A stretch of 64,000 nt of DNA from Flavobacteriaceae bacterium UBA3339 (GTDB taxonomy: Bacteria; Bacteroidota; Bacteroidia; Flavobacteriales; Flavobacteriaceae): NCBI GenBank assembly GCA_002360925.1, contig DERN01000001.1, positions 7,806 to 71,805 on the forward strand, read 5' to 3'. Position 1 is the stretch's first letter; each line of letters begins with the position of its first letter. Shown piece by piece: positions 59,201 through 64,000 of the stretch. A program made the translations under genes and the position numbers. The notes under the pieces are model-generated. The model made no database searches, was not told the DNA's origin, and saw only the letters and a list, made by a program, of their open reading frames with translations.

Positions 59201-60563
59201 GAAACCTTTAGCAACTGTTGTTATAGGAGGACTGATTTCGGCAACTGCATTAACCTTATTCGTGCTGCCGCTGTTATACCTTGTGTTTATGAAAAAGAAT
59301 AAACCAACGAAAAATAGTAAAATAAAAGATATAAAACCTGTATTGTTAGTGTTTTTATTCTTAGGAATCTCGCAGAATATTATGGCACAAAGTCCGATAA
59401 ATGTAGATAAAGCTATCCAAATAGCTTTAGAAAATAATTCTCAACTTCGATCTAAAGATCTTGATATTCAATCTGTCAAAAAACTCAGTAGTACAGCATA
59501 TGAACTGCCTATGACTGATTTTAATTTTCAGTATGGAAACACAGACGGATTTGAAAAGAATGATGGTATTAAAATATCGCAGACAATACCATTTCCGACA
59601 CTATTTGGAACAAAGAAGAATTTAATCGAGGAACAAGTAAAAGGTCAGGAATGGTCGAAGGAATTGACAAAAAATGAATTAACGAAGCAAGTAAGGTCAT
59701 ATTATTATCAGTTGGAATATTTAGAGCATAATACTTCTGTTTTGAATTATTTGGATAAAATCTATGTCGACTTTATACGTGTTGCCGAATTAAGATATAA
59801 AACAGGAGATATAGGTAAATTAGACGTGAATACGGCTATTACTAAAAAAGGAGAAATCAATCTATTGTTACAACAAAACGATATTTTAAAACAAAATACG
59901 TATCAGTCGCTTAAGAATCTAATGCAAACGGAAGAAGAATTTATTATAGTTCCGCAATCTAATTATGAGCCCTTGTTGCTAACATCTTTTATTGACAGTA
60001 ATTCTATTAAAAACCATCCAAGCATTCAATTATTGTATCAGGAAGCTAAAATAATCGAGCAGAATAAACGAGTTGAACGTGCAAATGGATTACCCAACTT
60101 TACAGTAGGGTATAACAATGTTTCTGCAGTTGGTTTACATACCAGAAATGGTATAGAGCGTTTTTACGACCGAAATCAGCGGTTCAATTCGTTTGAAGTC
60201 GGTATCGCTATTCCATTGAATTTTGGAGCTACCAAGGCAAAAATCCGTTCTCTTGATTACCAGAAACAATCATTGGAACTGAACGCCCAATGGCAGGAAC
60301 AACAGCTAAAAACGGAATTTACAAATGTTTTAAGGCAATATGAGCAGTATGTAGCACAGTTTACTTATTTTAAGGAACAGGCTCTTCCAAATGCTGAAGA
60401 GATTATCAATGCAGCAAAGTTGGGTTACAGCACAGGAGATATTTCGTATGTAGAATATCTATATGGCTTACAGACAACAGCCGACATTCAGCTTAATTAT
60501 TTAAAAAGCATACAGCAAATAAACGAAGCTGTAACGCTTATCAATTCATTAATTAGTAAATAA
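56202..60563 (+). CDS. czcA: CzcA/CusA heavy-metal RND transporter fused to a C-terminal TolC-like domain
   Basis: DAQPDITNNQVQ, LGAIDFGLIVDG, GVAVLNG, RLRPVLMTA, EVQKPLATVVIGG; about 400-aa OMF-like tail; GTG start. Confidence 0.93.
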   Translation: MLDNIIKFSVKNKFIIGLMTLLLIIWGVWSATKIPIDAQPDITNNQVQVITLCPTLAGQEVEQLVTFPVEQSVVNLPNVEEIRSISRFGLSVVTIVFKDEVDIYFARQLVIEKLKEAEEQIPDGIGTPELSPVSTGLGEVYQYILHPKKGSEDKYSAMDLRTMQDWIVARQLYGTAGVAEVNSFGGLLKQYEVSVDPNRIKAMEVSISDIFTALEKNNQNTGGAYIDKKPNAYFIRGVGLVTSLEDVRNIVVKNTGNVPVFIKDVAEVKFGNATRYGALTYNGEVDAVGGIVMMLKGENTSEVVKRIKEKIPVIQNSLPDDIVIEPYLDRTDLIERAISTVEKNLIEGALIVIFVLILFLGNMRAGLIVASAIPLSMLFALAMMRLFGVSANLMSLGAIDFGLIVDGSLIVVEATMHHLGLRKTKHVLTQNEMDEEVFQSAKRIRTSAAFGEIIILIVYIPILTLVGIEGKMFTPMAQTVGFAILGALILSFTYIPMMSALCLSKKPITKKNFSDKMMNYLQSIYRSLLEKAIKVKYVVIAVAVGLFTISIFMFSRMGGEFLPKLGEGDFAFHCILPQGTSLTQSLETSMQASRIIKEFDEVKMVVGKTGAGEIPTDPMPPEATDLMIILKPQDEWKTKKSYDELSNEMMERLEVIPGVFFEANQPIQMRFNELMTGIRQDVAVKIFGENLDSLLIYANKANAIIQTVEGVTAPQVERVAGLPQINIEYDRTRIANYGLNIKDINDIVSTAFAGKSAGVVYENERKFDLVVRLDKQHRSSIEDVSNLFIPLPNGDQIPLSQVATIDYKLGPAQISREDGKRRIYVGFNVQGRDVASVVNEIQDRLTEQVKLPTGYYFTYGGQFENLQKATNRLLIAVPIALLLIFILLYFTFHSFKEAILVYTAIPMSAIGGVFALLLRDMPFSISAGVGFIALFGVAVLNGIVLIATFNRLEKEGWNDIIPRIIEGTKTRLRPVLMTASVASLGFLPMALSTSAGAEVQKPLATVVIGGLISATALTLFVLPLLYLVFMKKNKPTKNSKIKDIKPVLLVFLFLGISQNIMAQSPINVDKAIQIALENNSQLRSKDLDIQSVKKLSSTAYELPMTDFNFQYGNTDGFEKNDGIKISQTIPFPTLFGTKKNLIEEQVKGQEWSKELTKNELTKQVRSYYYQLEYLEHNTSVLNYLDKIYVDFIRVAELRYKTGDIGKLDVNTAITKKGEINLLLQQNDILKQNTYQSLKNLMQTEEEFIIVPQSNYEPLLLTSFIDSNSIKNHPSIQLLYQEAKIIEQNKRVERANGLPNFTVGYNNVSAVGLHTRNGIERFYDRNQRFNSFEVGIAIPLNFGATKAKIRSLDYQKQSLELNAQWQEQQLKTEFTNVLRQYEQYVAQFTYFKEQALPNAEEIINAAKLGYSTGDISYVEYLYGLQTTADIQLNYLKSIQQINEAVTLINSLISK

Positions 60564-60571
60564 GACAATAT

Positions 60572-61852
60572 ATGAAACGTAATATAAATAAGATCGTTTT
60601 TAGCGTTTTTGTCCTTATGGCAGTATTTATTTTTAATGCTTGCAAGAATAGTGAAAAACATTCGGAGAATGATGGACATAATCACGATACAGAAAAAGAG
60701 ACGGAAACAGACCAACACAAAGAAGAAAACGTTGCAGTTTTGACTGATGAGCAGATGAAAGCCGCAGGTATTGAGATTGGAATGATTGAACAAAAACAGT
60801 TATCTGCAACATTAAAAGCTAACGGTTCTTTGCGAGTTCCTAATAGTAATAAGGCAAATGCAACCTCATTATTTGGTGGAGTAATAAGATCGCTTAATGT
60901 AGAAATTGGAGATTTCATACGTAAAGGACAGGTAATTGCTACTATTTCAAACCCGCAATTTATACAGTTACAGGAAGAATATCTAAGTATTAATAGCCGA
61001 ATAGAATTTGCGGAACAAGAATTGGCAAGACAACGAGAGTTAAACGATGGAAATGTAGGTGCAAAGAAAAACCTGCAAAATGCCACAGCTGAATTGAATA
61101 CGTTGAAAACACGTAAATCTTCTTTAAACCAACAAATTCAGATGATGGGGATTAATCCGAATTCTTTGTCAAATTCTAACCTTAAATCGTCATTGGTTGT
61201 TACCAGTCCGATAAGTGGAACGGTTAGCAATGTTTTTGCCAAAATCGGCAGTTATGTAGATGTGTCTTCACCAATTGCCGAAATAATTGAAAACACTGCG
61301 CTACATTTAGACTTACAGGTATACGAAAAGGATATTCCGTTAATCAAGAATGGTCAAAAAATAGATTTTGTTGTTACCAATAATCCAAATAAAACTTACA
61401 CTGCCGAAGTGTATAGTATTGGTTCATCGTTTAGCGGTAGTAGTAAAACGATTGCAGTTCATAGTAAGATTGTAGGCGATAAAACAGGTTTGATTGACGG
61501 AATGAGCATAACGGGTATGGTGAGTTTGGATGATGTATCAAGTCCAGCTGTTCCTAATGAGACGATTGTTAATTCTGATGGTAAGTATTATATCTTTTTG
61601 GTTAAAGAGCAGCTAGAAAAAACACATGAACACAAAAACGATGAAGCTCATAATCATAATAACCACGACCACGATTCAGAAAAGGGAACTCAATTTGTAA
61701 GAATGGAAGTTATCAAAGGCGCTTCTCAATTAGGTTATACGGCGATAACGCCTGTAGGTGAAATTCCGCATGGTACACATATTGTGATAAAAGGTGGATT
61801 TTTCGTAAATGCGAAAATGAATGATACAGGAGAACATGGTCACGCTCACTAA
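60572..61852 (+). CDS. czcB: RND periplasmic adaptor (CzcB-like lipoprotein)
   Basis: Lipobox FNAC, His-rich linkers, SPISGTV biotinyl-lipoyl motif, C-terminal EHGHAH. Confidence 0.9.
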   Translation: MKRNINKIVFSVFVLMAVFIFNACKNSEKHSENDGHNHDTEKETETDQHKEENVAVLTDEQMKAAGIEIGMIEQKQLSATLKANGSLRVPNSNKANATSLFGGVIRSLNVEIGDFIRKGQVIATISNPQFIQLQEEYLSINSRIEFAEQELARQRELNDGNVGAKKNLQNATAELNTLKTRKSSLNQQIQMMGINPNSLSNSNLKSSLVVTSPISGTVSNVFAKIGSYVDVSSPIAEIIENTALHLDLQVYEKDIPLIKNGQKIDFVVTNNPNKTYTAEVYSIGSSFSGSSKTIAVHSKIVGDKTGLIDGMSITGMVSLDDVSSPAVPNETIVNSDGKYYIFLVKEQLEKTHEHKNDEAHNHNNHDHDSEKGTQFVRMEVIKGASQLGYTAITPVGEIPHGTHIVIKGGFFVNAKMNDTGEHGHAH

Positions 61853-61864
61853 AAATAATTTACA

Positions 61865-62287
61865 ATGAAAAAGAGCATTGAACAAAAATTATTGCAGAAA
61901 AATACCAATCCTACAAGTATGCGGATTTTGGTGTATGACTTCTTAGAACAGCAACAAGTAGCAATGTCCTTGTCAGAAATAGAAAGCCATTTTTACAAAG
62001 CTGATAGGGTTACTATTTATCGGACTTTAAAAACCTTTGAAGAAAAAGGCATTGTACATAGTATACAGGAGAATACAACAACAAAGTATATTCTATGTGA
62101 CGACGGATGTAATGAAAATACTCATAAAGATTGGCACTTGCATTTCTATTGTAAAATTTGCAAATACACGACTTGTAAAGAAGATTTTGTGATCCCTCAA
62201 AGTTAAGCGAGGGATTACAGAATTGACGAAATAAAATTATTTGGTAAGGGTATTTGTGAGAATTGCTTAAAAGAGGGTTTGCAATAG
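61865..62287 (+). pseudogene. Fur-family metalloregulator with an in-frame premature TAA (62204-62206)
   Basis: DRVTIYRTL, HLHFYCKIC; after the stop the frame continues ARDYRIDEIKLFGKGICENCLKEGLQ* containing the second CxxC. Confidence 0.85.
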
Positions 62288-62315
62288 CATTGCAAACCTT
62301 CACTATTTAACTTTG
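62280..62315 (+). promoter_or_regulatory. Second TGCAA-N5-TTGCA operator plus TAACTTTG -7 box
   Basis: TGCAAtagcaTTGCA 62280-62294, 13-bp gap, TAACTTTG 62308-62315. Confidence 0.75.
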
Positions 62316-62330
62316 CAATAAGTAAGTGCT

Positions 62331-63032
62331 ATGGAAAATTACCTTAATGAAACGAATATTCTTGACTACTCAAACACCTCTATACAAAAGTTGTTAGAGC
62401 AAAAAGAGTGGGGAAACTTGAACACTGTTTGTAAAGTAAAAGCGATATACAATTTTGTAGGTGACGAGATAAAATTTGGTTACAATGTTTCTGACTACAT
62501 TCCAGCATCACAAGTATTGAAAGACGGTTACGGACAATGCAATACTAAAGCAACCTTGTTAATGACTTTGTTGAGAGCAGTAGGAATACCCAACCGTATT
62601 CATGGATTTACCATTGACAAAGCATTACAAAAAGGAGCAATTACAGGTTTTTGGTACAATTTGTCTCCCAAAAATATCTTACACAGTTGGGTTGAAGTTT
62701 GGGTAAACGATCAATGGTATTTTTTAGAAGGAGTAATAATAGATAAGCTTTATCTAACAAAATTACAGAAGCAAAACCAAGATTGCAGAACCACTTTTTG
62801 CGGTTTTGGAGTTTACACCGATAGTTTTGAAAATCCTCCTATTGAATGGAATAACAACAATACGTTTATTCAGAACAAGGGCATCAATCAGGATTTTGGT
62901 GTATTTGACACACCTAACGATTTTTATTCAAAACATAAGCAGAAGCTCAACGTTTTTAAACGGTTTGTTTTTCGGAACATCGTCCGGCATATAATGAATA
63001 ATAATGTGGAAAGAATTAGAAGTGGTAAGTAA
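62331..63032 (+). CDS. Transglutaminase-like domain protein
   Basis: GYGQCNTK (Cys), HSWVEV (His), LEG. Confidence 0.88.
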   Translation: MENYLNETNILDYSNTSIQKLLEQKEWGNLNTVCKVKAIYNFVGDEIKFGYNVSDYIPASQVLKDGYGQCNTKATLLMTLLRAVGIPNRIHGFTIDKALQKGAITGFWYNLSPKNILHSWVEVWVNDQWYFLEGVIIDKLYLTKLQKQNQDCRTTFCGFGVYTDSFENPPIEWNNNNTFIQNKGINQDFGVFDTPNDFYSKHKQKLNVFKRFVFRNIVRHIMNNNVERIRSGK

Positions 63033-63109
63033 AATAATAAAAAAAGAGAAATGAAACAGCAACATAAATACGAAGCGTAGAAAAGCTATTTGTAGTTACT
63101 AATTTAACA

Positions 63110-63138
63110 AAATAAGCCTTATATTATAAGGCTTATTT
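63110..63138. terminator. Bidirectional terminator
   Basis: aaataagccttata-t-tataaggcttattt between convergent genes. Confidence 0.78.
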
Positions 63139-63164
63139 ATTTTTTACTAGTTCGTTAATATATA

Positions 63165-64000
63165 TTATTCTATTACTTTATTGATATATTTAGAATTCAT
63201 AATTCTTACAATACCCATATAGTCCAGATTTAGTTTAACGGTACTTCCTACTTTGTAATTATTCTTGTTTTCTCCTAAATCCAATACGGTTATATCAGAT
63301 GTTGCGGCTTCTATAATCACAGAATCATCTGCCGAAGTCAAGTGTTTTATATCCACATCTAACAATCCTATATCAACAAGTGCCCGAATGGTTTTCTTTC
63401 CGATGTCGTTTGTATCGAATTTTGGAGTTTCACCATCTACATTTACACCAAGCTCACCAGAAGGGACAATTGGTTTTTCGTATAATTCAATAATTTCAGC
63501 TCGCAGTTCAAATATATTTTGTTTTAAATTTTCGTAAGGAGTATGATTATAGGCATTGGTACCCATAAAAAGTGTTTCGCCAACTCTAAAATGATTTATT
63601 TCTAAGGGAAGCGATTTGTTTTCAATTAATGGAATCGTCACTGATGAACCTCCTGAAAGATACTTTATTTTAATACCATGTTTAATTTCTACCAATTGGC
63701 GGTATAGATTTAGCTGATTAAGCTTGTCTGTATTGGGCAATACGCCATATAAACAAGACAAATTGCTACCAATTCCAACTATTTCAATATTCTTTAATTC
63801 AAGGACAGCAACGAATAAATCTAAAAAGCCATCACGCATTACACCTTCTCTTAATTCGCCAAGGTCTATCATAAGTATTATCTTGTGAATAATCTTTTTC
63901 TTTGCCGCTTCTTCGTTTAAAAGTTGGATGGTATAAATATCAGAATTTAAACTGATATCAGCATATTTGATAATATCCTGAATAACACCTTTTGCGGGCG
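63165..64000 (-). CDS. PLP-dependent alanine/ornithine racemase-family protein (5'-truncated by window edge)
   Basis: Frame is open to the window end (..YADISLNSD..HKIILMIDLGELREG); GSNLSCLYG, SGGSS, HFRVGE. Confidence 0.85.
   Translation of the reverse strand, partial: PAKGVIQDIIKYADISLNSDIYTIQLLNEEAAKKKIIHKIILMIDLGELREGVMRDGFLDLFVAVLELKNIEIVGIGSNLSCLYGVLPNTDKLNQLNLYRQLVEIKHGIKIKYLSGGSSVTIPLIENKSLPLEINHFRVGETLFMGTNAYNHTPYENLKQNIFELRAEIIELYEKPIVPSGELGVNVDGETPKFDTNDIGKKTIRALVDIGLLDVDIKHLTSADDSVIIEAATSDITVLDLGENKNNYKVGSTVKLNLDYMGIVRIMNSKYINKVIE

Noticed and set aside
62204..62206. Programmed readthrough or selenocysteine in the Fur-like gene
   Set aside because: The codon is TAA, not TGA or TAG, and no recoding hairpin is evident; a nonsense mutation or sequencing error is simpler.
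1070..63537. Numerous 60-134 aa ORFs antisense to or nested in long genes (e.g. 37309..37626, 60682..61086)
   Set aside because: Shadow frames of well-supported genes; no motifs or independent expression signals.

Overview
AT-rich, gene-dense chromosomal window from a Bacteroidota organism, most likely Flavobacteriaceae (inferred from TAnnTTTG -7 promoter boxes, gene families and AT-rich translation starts without SD sequences). Contents in order: AraC plus OYE-type oxidoreductase; a TPP-riboswitch-controlled thiM-thiE-thiD-tenA salvage operon; a lipid module (desaturase / LTA-synthase-like / DAG kinase / OmpR-type two-component system); a TPR-kinase/NarL system beside a lipoprotein cluster with two OmpA paralogues; a LytS/LytTR pair with a TonB-type receptor; an unannotated Hc1 histone-like gene; a sigma54-type kdp locus preceded by four small membrane ORFs missing from the ORF track, one of which is kdpF; a radical SAM/TIGR03915 DNA repair pair; a TPR hybrid sensor-AraC and a PAS-LuxR; catA; and a probably acquired Czc heavy-metal block. 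The Czc block has a Cys/His-rich WQPP leader ORF, a structured spacer, a CzcA-TolC fusion, a Fur-family gene broken by one nonsense codon, and two operator/promoter pairs with identical spacing. I saw no rRNA, tRNA, CRISPR array, transposase or integrase. All family assignments come from motif recognition by eye; no database searches were run.
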